A DNA stretch of 63,682 nt, the filler included. It is 4 parts of 4 records of this genome, joined end to end, with 100 filler letters (N's around TTAATTAATTAA, not from the genome) between each part and the next. Parts side by side here need not be neighbours in the genome. Positions count along the whole stretch, not along the records: positions 7,142 to 28,892 come from SRR2962707_1728; 3 more parts are not named here. One strand, written 5' to 3'. Shown piece by piece: positions 9,551-20,955 of this stretch (within the stretch, counting starts at the first letter, position 1; each line of letters begins with the position of its first letter). Under the pieces are notes generated by a model. It saw only the letters and a list, made by a program, of their open reading frames with translations, did no database searches and was not told the DNA's origin. Made by a program: the position numbers and the translations under genes.

Positions 9551-10584
9551 TCCCAGGAAATAGGGTTCGAGGTCGCCACCCATTCGCGGCGCCAGCGCTT
9601 GGGGCCGACCCCAGCCCATTGACGAAACGCCCGGGTAAAGGCGCTGTGCTCGGAGTAACCGAGCAGTGCCGCCACTTCCGTCAATTCCAGGCGGCCATCC
9701 GCCAGGTATTCCCGGGCCAGTTGGTAGCGGACTCGCTGTAACACCGCCTGGAACGTCTCCCCCTGTTCCGCCAAACGGCGTTGCATGGTACGCGCACTGA
9801 CATGATAGCGCTCCGCCAGTGCTTCCAGCGTCGGCCGCCCTTCGCGCATCAAACGCACCAGATGGGCGTCGTAGGGCGACCCCGCGCGCGGCTGACGTTC
9901 CAGTAACGACTGCGCCTGCCGGTCGAGGATATCCACCAGGCCCGGGTCCGGCGCGCCCAGCGGCAGCGCCAGATAGGTCAGCGGTATCCGCAATACCGTC
10001 CGCGCGCAATCGAAACGCACCTCGGCACCGAAAAACGCCCGATAAGGCGCCAGATCCGCTGGTTCTGGATTGACGAAATGCACCGCTTCCACCGGCAAAT
10101 CCCGGCCCACCAGGTTGCGAATGAACTGCACCACCGCCGCCACGCCGGTTTCATCCACCAGCGCGCCCGGGCGGCCGCGTTCCACTCCCCAACGCACTTC
10201 CAGACTGTCGCCCACGGTGGCCACCCGGGCCGGATTCACGTCATAAACCAGCCGGTGATATCGCTCCAGCCGTGCCAGCGCTTCGCCCAGTGTGCCGCAG
10301 TGGGACACCACATAGCCAAGCACATCGAAATGCCGGGCGGTGATGGTACGCGCCACCGCCAACCCCAGGGCCGGCTCATCCAGGTGCTGGCTGGCAATCT
10401 CAAGACTGTGCCGCCAGAACGCCAGCGGCACTTTCTCCAACCCATCCTCGGCCAGCACCGTCGGCGCGCCCAGCAGGGTCTCGGCCTCCACCCCCTGGCT
10501 TTCCAGGTAATCGTAAAGCAACCGCACATAGGCGGCGGCCACATAATTATCGGCGGAAGTCGTCATTGTAGTATCGTTGATCAT
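9547..10584 (-). CDS. AraC family regulator (OruR-like)
   Basis: C-terminal SARTMQRRL and LLGYSEHSAFTRAFRQW double HTH. Confidence 0.93.
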   Translation of the reverse strand: MINDTTMTTSADNYVAAAYVRLLYDYLESQGVEAETLLGAPTVLAEDGLEKVPLAFWRHSLEIASQHLDEPALGLAVARTITARHFDVLGYVVSHCGTLGEALARLERYHRLVYDVNPARVATVGDSLEVRWGVERGRPGALVDETGVAAVVQFIRNLVGRDLPVEAVHFVNPEPADLAPYRAFFGAEVRFDCARTVLRIPLTYLALPLGAPDPGLVDILDRQAQSLLERQPRAGSPYDAHLVRLMREGRPTLEALAERYHVSARTMQRRLAEQGETFQAVLQRVRYQLAREYLADGRLELTEVAALLGYSEHSAFTRAFRQWAGVGPKRWRREWVATSNPISWE

Positions 10585-12146
10585 GGTAGCGGTGCCTGTT
10601 GCTCGGGATCATCGAGCAGAGCACGGAGATGTACCGTGGCCCGCCACCATTGTTCCAGAAAGCGGCGGGACAAACTCAAGTCCTGCAAGGCCAGATCCAA
10701 CGTATAGCGTGTCAGCGCGCCGTCCATGGCGCGTTGCATCAAAGCGTCCTTGACCTGCTCGTAGGCGAAACGCAACGGCTCCGTGGGATCCCCCCCGCGC
10801 CGCAGTTGCTGGTGCATTTGCTCGAACCAGGCCGCCAGTACCGCCATGGCGACCTCATGATCCGGCTGCCGGATCATTTGGCGGCCATGCTCGTTCATCC
10901 CGGCCAGAGCATCTTCCATGTTGGAAAGGTTCAACTGGATCCGCCAGCCGATACGAAAGCCATTCACCTGTTCCTCGGTGAGCTGTTGCCGACCGGCCAT
11001 GGCCAGAAAATCACCCAATCCCGCCAGCAGCTGGCGCCGCTCGGCGATGCCCTTGAGACGCTCGTCATGAGGCCGCGGCAAGCCACCGAGCGCATCCGGA
11101 TAGCGCGCAAGGATCCGTTCGATCTCCCTGGCCAGCGCCGTCCTTGCCGCGTCCGGCAAATCCGCCACGTTACGATCCAGGAACTGCAACTGCGCCGTGG
11201 CCCGTTGACGTTCCTTGAAGCGCGTCAGCAAAAAACGCGTCAGCACCGGCTCCAATGGCCACATCAGCACTATGCCCAAGGCATTGAACGCGGTATGAAA
11301 CAGAGCCAGCTGCCCCGGCGGCGCCAGCCCCCAACCACTGGCGACAGCCACGACCAGATCGACGCCGGGCCCCAGTAACGCCAACGCGACCAGCGCGGTC
11401 AGCAGATTGAACAACACATGGGCCACCGCCAAACGCCGGGCCTGAACGGTGGCACCGAGGGTGGACAGCAACGCCGTGGACGTGGTGCCCACGTTGGCGC
11501 CGATCACCAGCGCCGCGGCACCGCCGAAATCGATCACGCCACCGGCCAGGGCGGTGAGCACCACCGCCAGGGCGGCACTGGAAGACTGCATCAAGGTGGT
11601 CAGCAGCACGCCTATTCCCACCATCAGCACCAACGGCTGGCCCGCCATGCCCAGCGACAGCCGCTCTCCCATCTGGCCAAAGCCGGAGGACAGCACCTGG
11701 ATACCCATGAACAGCAAGCCGAATCCCGCCAAGGCCATGCCAAGGCTGCGGTAACGGTCAAAAGGGGCGAACACGCGCAGCAGCGCACCCACCCCGATGA
11801 TGGGCAAGGCGAACAGGTCGATCTTGAAGCTGAAGCCGATCATCGCCACCAGCCACGCCGTCAAAGTGGTTCCCAGATTACTACCGAAAATCACCCAAAC
11901 CGCCCGCTCGAAGCGCAACAATCCGGTATTGACGAACCCCAGGGCCGCCACGGTGACAGCGCTTGAGGATTGCACCATGACGGTCAACAAAGTGCCCGAC
12001 ACCAGGCCGCGCCACCGGCTCGAGGTCCAGGAGGACAGCAGCCGCTCCAGGGAGGGTCCGGCGGCGACCCGCAAGCCTTCGGTGATCAACCACATGCCCA
12101 GCAAGAACAGTCCCAGACCGCCCAGGCTGGCGCTTATGTACCCCAT
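10581..12146 (-). CDS. Na+/Pi cotransporter family protein
   Basis: Repeated QSSS and G(S/A)N(L/V)GTT motifs. Confidence 0.92.
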   Translation of the reverse strand: MGYISASLGGLGLFLLGMWLITEGLRVAAGPSLERLLSSWTSSRWRGLVSGTLLTVMVQSSSAVTVAALGFVNTGLLRFERAVWVIFGSNLGTTLTAWLVAMIGFSFKIDLFALPIIGVGALLRVFAPFDRYRSLGMALAGFGLLFMGIQVLSSGFGQMGERLSLGMAGQPLVLMVGIGVLLTTLMQSSSAALAVVLTALAGGVIDFGGAAALVIGANVGTTSTALLSTLGATVQARRLAVAHVLFNLLTALVALALLGPGVDLVVAVASGWGLAPPGQLALFHTAFNALGIVLMWPLEPVLTRFLLTRFKERQRATAQLQFLDRNVADLPDAARTALAREIERILARYPDALGGLPRPHDERLKGIAERRQLLAGLGDFLAMAGRQQLTEEQVNGFRIGWRIQLNLSNMEDALAGMNEHGRQMIRQPDHEVAMAVLAAWFEQMHQQLRRGGDPTEPLRFAYEQVKDALMQRAMDGALTRYTLDLALQDLSLSRRFLEQWWRATVHLRALLDDPEQQAPLP

Positions 12147-12320
12147 GTGCCTTCTCTCTGACCGTGTTTCGCGCCCTTGTCGTCATTTGTCAAAAAAGAG
12201 TCCGGCTGCGTCAAGCGTTTTCTGCACCATCGGGGAACAATCTTGAGGTCCGTCAATCTTCCCGGACCGTCCCGCCGCCCACCATGGCGGTGGTGGCGAC
12301 CGTTTTTTCGCGAGGTCCCC

Positions 12321-13191
<871 letters not shown>

Positions 13192-13214
<23 letters not shown>

Positions 13215-14526
13215 GCAAAAGCAGCGACAAGGCAGGGATCATCACCAGGATGCCGATACGAATCACATCCGCGTACAGGAACGGGACAATACCCCGGCTC
13301 ACCGTGCCCAAAGACGTATTGGCACTGTACTTCTGCACGATAAACAGGTTCATTCCCATGGGTGGCGTGATCAGACCGATCTCCACCACCATCAGAGCGA
13401 GGATACCGAACCAGATCGACTTTTCGGTATAGGTGAGATCGAAGAATTCCAGGTTGACCACGATCGGATAAAAGATCGGCACGGTGAGCAGAATCATGGA
13501 CAGGGAGTCCATCACGCAACCCAACAGCAGGTAGATGGCCAGAATCGAGAGCAGTACCACGAAAGGCGCCAACCCACTGTCGGCAACCCAGGACGCCAGT
13601 TCCGCCGGCATCTGACTGAGCGCCAGGCCGCTGTTGAGCAGATCGGCGCCGACCACCACCAGGTAGATCATGGCGGTGGCCTCGGCGGTGCCGATCAGGC
13701 TTTGGTACAACCCTTTCCAGCGCAAGCCACCGCGTACTACCGCGAACACGCCACAGGCGGCGGCGCCAATGGACGCCGCTTCGGTGAGATTGGCCCAGCC
13801 TCCATAGATACCGAAGATCACCACGATGAAGATCAACAGCACCGGAGACACCTCCAGCAACGCCCGCCACCGTTGAGGCCAGCCGGCCTTGTCCACCCTC
13901 GGCACCGACGCCATGGTACGTACCGCCACCAGGCGGATCACCACCAGGTAACCGAACATGGCCACCAGACCGGGGATCACCGCCGCCATGAACAGTTTGG
14001 CGATGGACTCCTCGGTGAGCACGGCATAGATGATCAACGGCACCGACGGCGGAATCAGAATCCCCAGGGTGCCGGCCGCTGCCACCGTACCGGCGGCCAG
14101 TTTGGGCGGATAGTGATGTTTCTCCAGCTCCGGCAACGCCACCTGACTCATGGTGGCGGCGGTGGCCAGGGACGAGCCGCAAATAGCACCGAAACCGGCA
14201 CAGGCACCGGCGGCGGACATCGCCAGACCGCCACGCCAATGACCGATGAAAGCCGCCGCCGCTTTGAACAGGGCGCGCGACAGACCACCGTGAATGGCGA
14301 ACTGCCCCATCAACACGAACAGCGGAATCACCGCCAGGTCGTAATTGGAAAAGCGGGCGTAAACCAGATTGTTGATGGTGAACAGCAGCGCCGTGGTGTC
14401 ACCGTGATTGACGATCAGATAGCAAACTACGCCGCCCAGCAGCATGCCCACGCCCACGTGCACGCGCAGCGCCAGAATCAGCAGTACGCCGCCGAGCACC
14501 CAGAGTCCGATTTCCATACCGCTCAT
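13192..14526 (-). CDS. dctM: TRAP transporter large permease
   Basis: GSSLATAAT, GTLGILIPPS, GLITPPMG. Confidence 0.93.
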
Positions 14527-15014
14527 GACAGCTCCTGCAGCGGTTTGCCGGTCAGCGACCGCGCCGCCTGATACAAGGCACAGGCGCACAGCAGCGCCAG
14601 ACCGGGCAGCATCAGCATCTGCGGAATCCACAGCGGCACCGCCAGCATGGTGGAGGTGGATCCGTATTCGTGGCTGTCCAGGGTCAGCAGGCCGGTGCGC
14701 CAGATCAGCAACGCCGCCACCAGCGCCAGTAGCAGATGACTGAGCGACAACAACATCCGGTTCACTCCCGCCGGTAGCAGCCCGGCAATCAGATCCACGC
14801 GGATGTGGTTATCGCGCAGCTCGCACAGCGGCATGAACGAGGCCACCGCCACGGCGATCGCCATTTCCAGAATTTCGATGTCACCGGGAATCGGCGCGGA
14901 CCACAACTTGCGCCCCAGCAGAGAAACCAGCGACATGGCGATCACCGACAACACCACGGCACCGCCAAGCACGGCGACCACGATGCTGAGACGGCGCAAT
15001 ACCGTTTCAACCAT
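14523..15014 (-). CDS. dctQ: TRAP transporter small permease
   Basis: Four TM segments, HIRVD; lies between dctP and dctM. Confidence 0.9.
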   Translation of the reverse strand: MVETVLRRLSIVVAVLGGAVVLSVIAMSLVSLLGRKLWSAPIPGDIEILEMAIAVAVASFMPLCELRDNHIRVDLIAGLLPAGVNRMLLSLSHLLLALVAALLIWRTGLLTLDSHEYGSTSTMLAVPLWIPQMLMLPGLALLCACALYQAARSLTGKPLQELS

Positions 15015-15077
15015 GGGAAACCTCGGCCTTTATCAGAGTTGAAGGGCGGAGTTGAAAGGCGGCATTAATGAGCGGCG

Positions 15078-16130
15078 TTAGCGGGCGGCGTGTTCACGCA
15101 CGATCTCCCGCAGCCCCTGATACAGCGCCTGGCGGTCGATACCGCCCTTATCGGAGGCCACCCACTCATCGGTGACCCTCTGCGAGGCCTCACGCATGGA
15201 CTGATAGGTAGCGTCATCCAGCGTCACGATCTCGTGGTCCGGATCGGCGGACAGCTGCTCCACCACCTGATCGATGGTCACATCCCAGGCTTCCCCGAAA
15301 CGGCGGGACAGGGCCTCTCCGCTAAGCCGGTCGACGATCACGCGCAGATCGTCGGGCAGATCCTGATAGCGCTTTTTGTTCATCAGCACCGCCAATGTGG
15401 TCACCGTCGGCGTGGCCTGATCCGGCGCGGTCCGCATGTGGTAATGGGTGGTTTCATCCAGTTTGGTCGGCGGCACCACTTCCCACACCGCCAGGGCTCC
15501 GTCGATGACGCCCTTGGCCAGCGTGTCGGCGATTTGTGCCGGCGGCATGCTCACCGGGGTCGCGCCCAGAGAAGTGAGCATCTCCGAAGCCAGCCGGGTG
15601 GACGCCCGTACCCGCAGCCCTTTCATGTCGTCCAGGGAGGCCACTTTGCGGCGCGCGGTGTGCAAAGTACCACCGCCGTCACTCTGAATGGCCAGCACGT
15701 GGTAATCACGGAAATCATCCTTGGCATAGCGTTGATAAAATTCCCACGCCACTTCACTGCCATCAACCCCACCGGAGGGCATCACGAACGGCAGCTCCAG
15801 CGCCTCGCTACGCGGAAAACGGCCAGCGGCGTAACCGAGACCGGTCCAGACAATATCCACCACGCCATTGCGCGCCATGTCGGCCAGCTGCGCGGGAGTA
15901 CCGCCCAATTGCATGGACGGATAAATCTGACATTCGATGCGGTCACCGGACTGCTCCGCCAGATCGGCGCACCAGGGCTCCAGTACGTTTTTCTGTGCAT
16001 TCGCCACCGCCGGCAGGAAATGCATGATACGTAAAGTGACTTTTTCCTTTTCCTGCTCCGCCGACTGGGTCTGGGCGCTCAAGGACAGCCATACGATCGC
16101 CAGAAGGGCCATGATTTTTTTGGAATTCAT
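15078..16130 (-). CDS. dctP: TRAP transporter substrate-binding protein
   Basis: Signal peptide, YPSMQLGG, ELPF, DMKGLRVR. Confidence 0.92.
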   Translation of the reverse strand: MNSKKIMALLAIVWLSLSAQTQSAEQEKEKVTLRIMHFLPAVANAQKNVLEPWCADLAEQSGDRIECQIYPSMQLGGTPAQLADMARNGVVDIVWTGLGYAAGRFPRSEALELPFVMPSGGVDGSEVAWEFYQRYAKDDFRDYHVLAIQSDGGGTLHTARRKVASLDDMKGLRVRASTRLASEMLTSLGATPVSMPPAQIADTLAKGVIDGALAVWEVVPPTKLDETTHYHMRTAPDQATPTVTTLAVLMNKKRYQDLPDDLRVIVDRLSGEALSRRFGEAWDVTIDQVVEQLSADPDHEIVTLDDATYQSMREASQRVTDEWVASDKGGIDRQALYQGLREIVREHAAR

Positions 16131-16215
16131 ACACACCTCTCGGGTTGATACCCTGATTGTTATTCATCGAAATCCATCCTTGCCATCGATTCCTTTCACT
16201 GGCCGGCCCGGATTC

Positions 16216-16231
16216 CATTAATGTATTAATG
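16216..16231. promoter_or_regulatory. Putative HpaR operator CATTAATGTATTAATG
   Basis: Differs by one base from the palindrome upstream of hpaG (19358-19373). Confidence 0.65.
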
Positions 16232-16478
16232 AATTTCTAACACCTTGCCCTGGTCAGGTCAACGAAGGATTGGGAAAAACCGCTCCTACCTATCTTCCGT
16301 CATCTTCCGTATCTGTCTTTCCCCCACGAAAAGTGCAATTTTTCCTGCGGAAATCACCTGGGTTCGCTTTCGTGGCTCGGCCAAGATGCGGAACGTCATA
16401 CGCCGATAACAACAATCGCGGCGGGCCGGTTTGATGTTCACAGACCTCCGGCCGGCCCGGAAAACAGGAGAAGTAACA

Positions 16479-18416
16479 GTGCAGTTCCACCATCACGGCT
16501 ATGTATCCGAAGACCCGAGAATCGAAGAAGCGTCCGGCACCGGGGTCAACCGCCCCGACACTTTGCCGGACCAGGTCGACGTGCTGATTGTCGGCAGCGG
16601 ACCGGCGGGAATGATCGCCGCCGCCCAGCTGGCGAAGTTTCCGAATATCACCACCCGTATCGTCGAACGCCGCCCCGGGCGCCTGCGGCTGGGCCAGGCC
16701 GATGGTATCCAGGCGCGCAGTGTGGAAACCTTCCAGGCGTTCGGCTTCGCCGAACGGATCACCGCCGAGGCCTACCGGATCACCGAGATGGCGTTCTGGA
16801 CACCGGACCCGGACAACCCCTCCCACATTGTCCGCTCCTCGGTGGCTCCCGATGACGCCAGCGGCGAAATCAGCGAGTTCCCTCATCTCATCGTCAACCA
16901 GGCTCGGGTGCTGGATTATTTCGCCGAGTTCGCCCGTAACGCCCCCGCCCGCCTGACTCCGGACTATGGGCTGGAATTCCAGGATTTACGCATCGATCAT
17001 GGCGAGGACTATCCGGTGACGGTGACGTTGCGCCATGTCTGCGGCGATCAGGAAGGTCTGGAACGTACCGTGAAAGCCAGGTACGTGATCGGTTGCGATG
17101 GGGCTCATAGCCGCGTGCGCGAAGCGATCGGCCGCAAGCACATCGGCAAGGTCGCCAATCACGCCTGGGGCGTCATGGATGTTCTCGCCACCACCGATTT
17201 TCCGGACATCCGCACCAAGTGCGCGATCCAGTCCGCCTCCGGTGGCAGTATTCTGCACATTCCCCGCGAGGGCGGTCACCTGTTTCGCATGTACGTCGAT
17301 CTTGGCGAAGTGGCCGGGGATGACAACCGCCGCATACGCCAAACCACGCTGGAAACCACCATCGCCAAGGCCAACCAAATCCTCCACCCCTACACCCTGG
17401 AAGTTAAGGATTGCGCCTGGTACACCGTCTACGAAGTGGGCCACCGGGTAACCGACAAGTTCGATGACGTGCCCCCCGAGGCTACCGGCACCCGCGCGCC
17501 ACGCGTTTTCATCACCGGCGATGCCTGCCATACCCACAGCGCCAAGGCCGGCCAGGGTATGAATGTGTCCATGCAGGATGGTTGGAACATCGCCTGGAAA
17601 CTGGGCCACGTGCTCTCCGGCATCGCTCCGGAATCGCTGCTGGAAACCTATTCCAGTGAGCGTCAGGTGGTGGCTCAGAACCTGATTGATTTTGATCGCG
17701 AATGGTCGAGCCTGATGGCCAAACCGGCCGAGGAATTCAGCAACCCGCAAGAGCTGAAGGAGTTCTATGTAAAAACCGCCGAATTCCCGGCGGGCTTCAT
17801 GACCGAATATCAACCGTCGATGATCACCGGCGGCAAGGCACACCAACATCTGGCCACCGGCTTCCCGGTCGGCAAGCGGTTCAAATCCGCCCCCGCCATG
17901 CGGGTGTGCGATGGCAATGACGTTCACCTGGGGCACCATGCCACCGCCGATGGCCGCTGGCGGATCTATGTCTTCGCCGATCAATCGGCTCCCGCCGGGC
18001 ACTCCCCGTTGACCAACTGGGCCGACTGGATGCTCAACAGCCCCCGTTCCCCGGTGGTGAAATACACTCCGGAAGAAACCGATCTCGACAGTCTCTTCGA
18101 TATAAAGGTGATCTATCGGCGGCCCCATGGCGAGGTGGAGTTCGGCCCAATGATTCCGGCGTTGTTCATGCCAAAGGTCGGCCCGTTCCAATTGACGGAC
18201 TACGAAAAGGTTTACGCCGTCGACCCGGAGCACGACATCTTCGAGGCCCGGGGTATCGATCCAAAAGGCGCGGTGGTGGTGGTGCGGCCGGATCAGTACG
18301 TTTCACTGGTGACCGCTCTGGACGCCACCGATGAACTGGCCGCCTTCTTCGATGGAGCCATGCTGGGGCAGCGCCGATGCCCCCGGACTCAGGGCGCCCG
18401 CTTGTCGGCGCGGTAG
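16479..18416 (+). CDS. Single-component FAD monooxygenase, phenol 2-monooxygenase / MobA family
   Basis: GTG start after AGGAG giving MQFHHHGY; GSGPAG, GCDGAHS, GDACHTHS.KAGQGMN, C-terminal VVRPDQYV. Confidence 0.9.
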   Translation: MQFHHHGYVSEDPRIEEASGTGVNRPDTLPDQVDVLIVGSGPAGMIAAAQLAKFPNITTRIVERRPGRLRLGQADGIQARSVETFQAFGFAERITAEAYRITEMAFWTPDPDNPSHIVRSSVAPDDASGEISEFPHLIVNQARVLDYFAEFARNAPARLTPDYGLEFQDLRIDHGEDYPVTVTLRHVCGDQEGLERTVKARYVIGCDGAHSRVREAIGRKHIGKVANHAWGVMDVLATTDFPDIRTKCAIQSASGGSILHIPREGGHLFRMYVDLGEVAGDDNRRIRQTTLETTIAKANQILHPYTLEVKDCAWYTVYEVGHRVTDKFDDVPPEATGTRAPRVFITGDACHTHSAKAGQGMNVSMQDGWNIAWKLGHVLSGIAPESLLETYSSERQVVAQNLIDFDREWSSLMAKPAEEFSNPQELKEFYVKTAEFPAGFMTEYQPSMITGGKAHQHLATGFPVGKRFKSAPAMRVCDGNDVHLGHHATADGRWRIYVFADQSAPAGHSPLTNWADWMLNSPRSPVVKYTPEETDLDSLFDIKVIYRRPHGEVEFGPMIPALFMPKVGPFQLTDYEKVYAVDPEHDIFEARGIDPKGAVVVVRPDQYVSLVTALDATDELAAFFDGAMLGQRRCPRTQGARLSAR

Positions 18417-19288
18417 CGCCCCGGTGTCATGCCCGCTTCGCGGGTGAAAAAGCGTGAGAAATAAGCGGGGTCATTAAAGCCCAGCTGGTAGCCGATCTCG
18501 TTGATCGACGCGGTGGTGAAGATCAGCAACCGGCGGGCCTCCTGCATCAGTCGGTCGAACACCAACCGCTTGCTGGATTTGCCGGCGGTGCGCCGGCAAA
18601 TCTCGTTGAGCCGGTTCTCGGTAACACCCAGTTCGTCGGCATAGCGGGTCAGGGTCCAGTGATGCGGGTAATGATCCTCGATCAGCATCTGAAAACGCTG
18701 AAACAGGGAGAGGTCCTCATGACGTACCGGCTGCGGCGTCACGCGGTTGCGTGCCAGCCGGAACAGATCGATGAAGATCAACTGCGCCAGGGCCCGCACC
18801 GCCTGAAACTGCCCTGGCCGCGGCCGTTGAATTTCCGCGCGCAGCTGATCAAACAGACGGTCGAGTCCCGCCATCGCCGGTGCCTGTGCCGCCGGCAGTT
18901 GGGAAGCCGCCACACACAGCGCGGCGATATCACTGACGTCGCCCAGGTCACCGCTTTCCTCCAGCAGCGACCACACCAATTGCTGCTGCACCGTGAGCAC
19001 GTGACCGTCGGCGTCCGCATCAGTGACGAAGGCGTGGGTCACCGTGGGAGGCGTGAGGAAGAACAGGGGAGCCCGCTGATGGTACTGATGCTCATCCAGG
19101 TACACCCGCACCATGCCGGACTTGACGTAATGTACCTGGAAGAAGCGCACATGGCGGTGCGCCGGCATGTTGCGTCCGAAGAAGTCCGCCATGCGGCCGA
19201 GCGCGTCGTAGTGCACTTCGGCGTCGGCGTAGCGCTTGTCGTACACCTGACCGATGTTGATGTTGGGTATGGGGTCGGTTGTTGTCAT
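18389..19288 (-). CDS. hpaA: 4-hydroxyphenylacetate catabolism activator (AraC family)
   Basis: IPNINIGQVYD.RY, FFGRNMPAHRH, LGFNDPAYFSRFF; hpa context. Confidence 0.9.
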   Translation of the reverse strand: MTTTDPIPNINIGQVYDKRYADAEVHYDALGRMADFFGRNMPAHRHVRFFQVHYVKSGMVRVYLDEHQYHQRAPLFFLTPPTVTHAFVTDADADGHVLTVQQQLVWSLLEESGDLGDVSDIAALCVAASQLPAAQAPAMAGLDRLFDQLRAEIQRPRPGQFQAVRALAQLIFIDLFRLARNRVTPQPVRHEDLSLFQRFQMLIEDHYPHHWTLTRYADELGVTENRLNEICRRTAGKSSKRLVFDRLMQEARRLLIFTTASINEIGYQLGFNDPAYFSRFFTREAGMTPGRYRADKRAP

Positions 19289-19357
19289 GGTCCTGCCCGC
19301 CGCCTGATACCGGCATCATTCACCGCTTTAGCGGATCCGGCAACGTCTTCTTGATTT

Positions 19358-19392
19358 CATTAATATATTAATGTAAACATTAACCTATTAAC
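19358..19392. promoter_or_regulatory. Putative HpaR operator (perfect palindrome CATTAATATATTAATG plus a degenerate second box)
   Basis: Palindrome at 19358-19373, cattaacctattaac at 19378-19392, directly upstream of hpaG; hpaR present in the cluster. Confidence 0.7.
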
Positions 19393-19408
19393 AAAACAAG
19401 GAGCCTTC

Positions 19409-20185
19409 ATGCGGCACGCTAAAGTGGAATATCAAGGGCGCGTCCGGACGGTCACGATCGGTCCGGACGACCTCCCCATAAGCGACGACGGCGCGGTTCT
19501 TGACGTCACCGCGCTGCGCTGGCTCCCGGCCAGTGGTGGCACTATGTTCGGTGTGGCCTTGAACTATCGGAGTCTGCTGGAGGCCCGGCTACCGGAGTTT
19601 CACCAGCCGCCCTACCAGAAGCCACCGGAGAAGCCGGTGTTGTTCATCAAGACCTCGAACACGCGCAATGCGCACCAGGGCACCGTGGCACGGCCTCAGG
19701 GGGAGCGATTGCAACCGGGTCCCGCCCTGGGCGTGGTGATCGGCCGCCGCGCCAGTCGTGTCAGTGAGCAGGACGCCCTCGATTATGTTCGCGGCTACAC
19801 CGTGGTCAACGAGTTCAGCCTGCCGGAAGACAGCTACTACCGGCCGGCGATCAAAGCCAAGTGCCGGGACGGTTTCTGCGCATTGGGCCCCTGGTGGGTA
19901 GACCGCGACGATATCGCCAACCCCCATGACCTCACGCTGACCCTGACGGTTAACGGGGTCGAAAAACAGCGCGGCAGTACCGCCGATCTGATTCGGCCCA
20001 TTCCCCGCCTGATCGCCGAGTTGAGCGAATTCATGACCTTGAACGAAGGCGACGTGCTGATCACTGGAACACCGCCAGGCCGGGTGGATGTCAGCGAAGG
20101 GGATCAGGTGGACACCACCATCGAGAGCATCGGCACCCTCCGCAACCTTATCGTCACCGACCACGGCGGGGAGGCGAAACAATGA
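19409..20185 (+). CDS. hpaG: HPC pathway isomerase/decarboxylase, N-terminal subunit (FAH family)
   Basis: GVALNY, PVLFIK, YRPAIKAKCRDGF, TGTP. Confidence 0.9.
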   Translation: MRHAKVEYQGRVRTVTIGPDDLPISDDGAVLDVTALRWLPASGGTMFGVALNYRSLLEARLPEFHQPPYQKPPEKPVLFIKTSNTRNAHQGTVARPQGERLQPGPALGVVIGRRASRVSEQDALDYVRGYTVVNEFSLPEDSYYRPAIKAKCRDGFCALGPWWVDRDDIANPHDLTLTLTVNGVEKQRGSTADLIRPIPRLIAELSEFMTLNEGDVLITGTPPGRVDVSEGDQVDTTIESIGTLRNLIVTDHGGEAKQ

Positions 20186-20952
20186 AAAGTGCACGCATTC
20201 AATACCACGGCGACACGCTGGCGGTGGCCGTGAATGACGACGGCCATCCGCTGCTCGCGGACGGTACGATACTGGACCCGGAACAGGTCACCTGGCTGCC
20301 GCCCGCCACCGGCACCATGTTCGCCCTGGGACTCAACTACGCCGACCACGCCGCTGAACTGTCCTTCAAGGCAGCACCCAAGGAACCGCTGGTGTTCGTC
20401 AAGGCCGCCAATGCCTACACCGGTCACAACGGCCGCAGCTGGCGCCCGGACAACGTCGAGTACATGCATTACGAGTGCGAGCTGGTGGCGGTCATCGGCA
20501 AGACCGCGCGTAATGTGCCGCGCGCCGACGCCCTCGACTTTGTGGCCGGCTACACCCTGTGTAACGACTACGCCATTCGCGATTACCTGGAAAACTACTA
20601 CCGCCCCAATTTGCGGGTGAAAAATCGCGACAGCACCACCCCGGTGGGCCCGTGGATCGTCGACCGTGACGATGTGCCCGACCCCAATGACCTGCGCCTG
20701 CGCACCTACATCAATGGTGAGCTGCGCCAGGAAGGTACCACCGCCGACATGATTTTCGATGTCGCTTTCCTGATCGAGTATCTGTCCGGCTTCATGACCC
20801 TGTCTCCCGGCGACATGATCGCTACCGGCACCCCCAAGGGCATGGCCGACGTCCAGCCCGGTGATGTGGTGGACGTGGAGATAGAAGGGATCGGCAGGCT
20901 GCGCAACCACATGGTCAGCGAGAGCGACTTTTTCAGGAATACCGAGGAGTAA
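20182..20952 (+). CDS. hpaG: HPC pathway isomerase/decarboxylase, C-terminal subunit (FAH family)
   Basis: LGLNYADH, MHYECEL, NDYAIRDYLENYYRPNLRVK. Confidence 0.92.
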   Translation: MKSARIQYHGDTLAVAVNDDGHPLLADGTILDPEQVTWLPPATGTMFALGLNYADHAAELSFKAAPKEPLVFVKAANAYTGHNGRSWRPDNVEYMHYECELVAVIGKTARNVPRADALDFVAGYTLCNDYAIRDYLENYYRPNLRVKNRDSTTPVGPWIVDRDDVPDPNDLRLRTYINGELRQEGTTADMIFDVAFLIEYLSGFMTLSPGDMIATGTPKGMADVQPGDVVDVEIEGIGRLRNHMVSESDFFRNTEE

Positions 20953-20955
20953 CCC

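Noticed and set aside
9551-10009. N-terminal extension of the 711-aa antiporter ORF
   Set aside because: Overlaps the AraC gene; a coupled start exists at 9550
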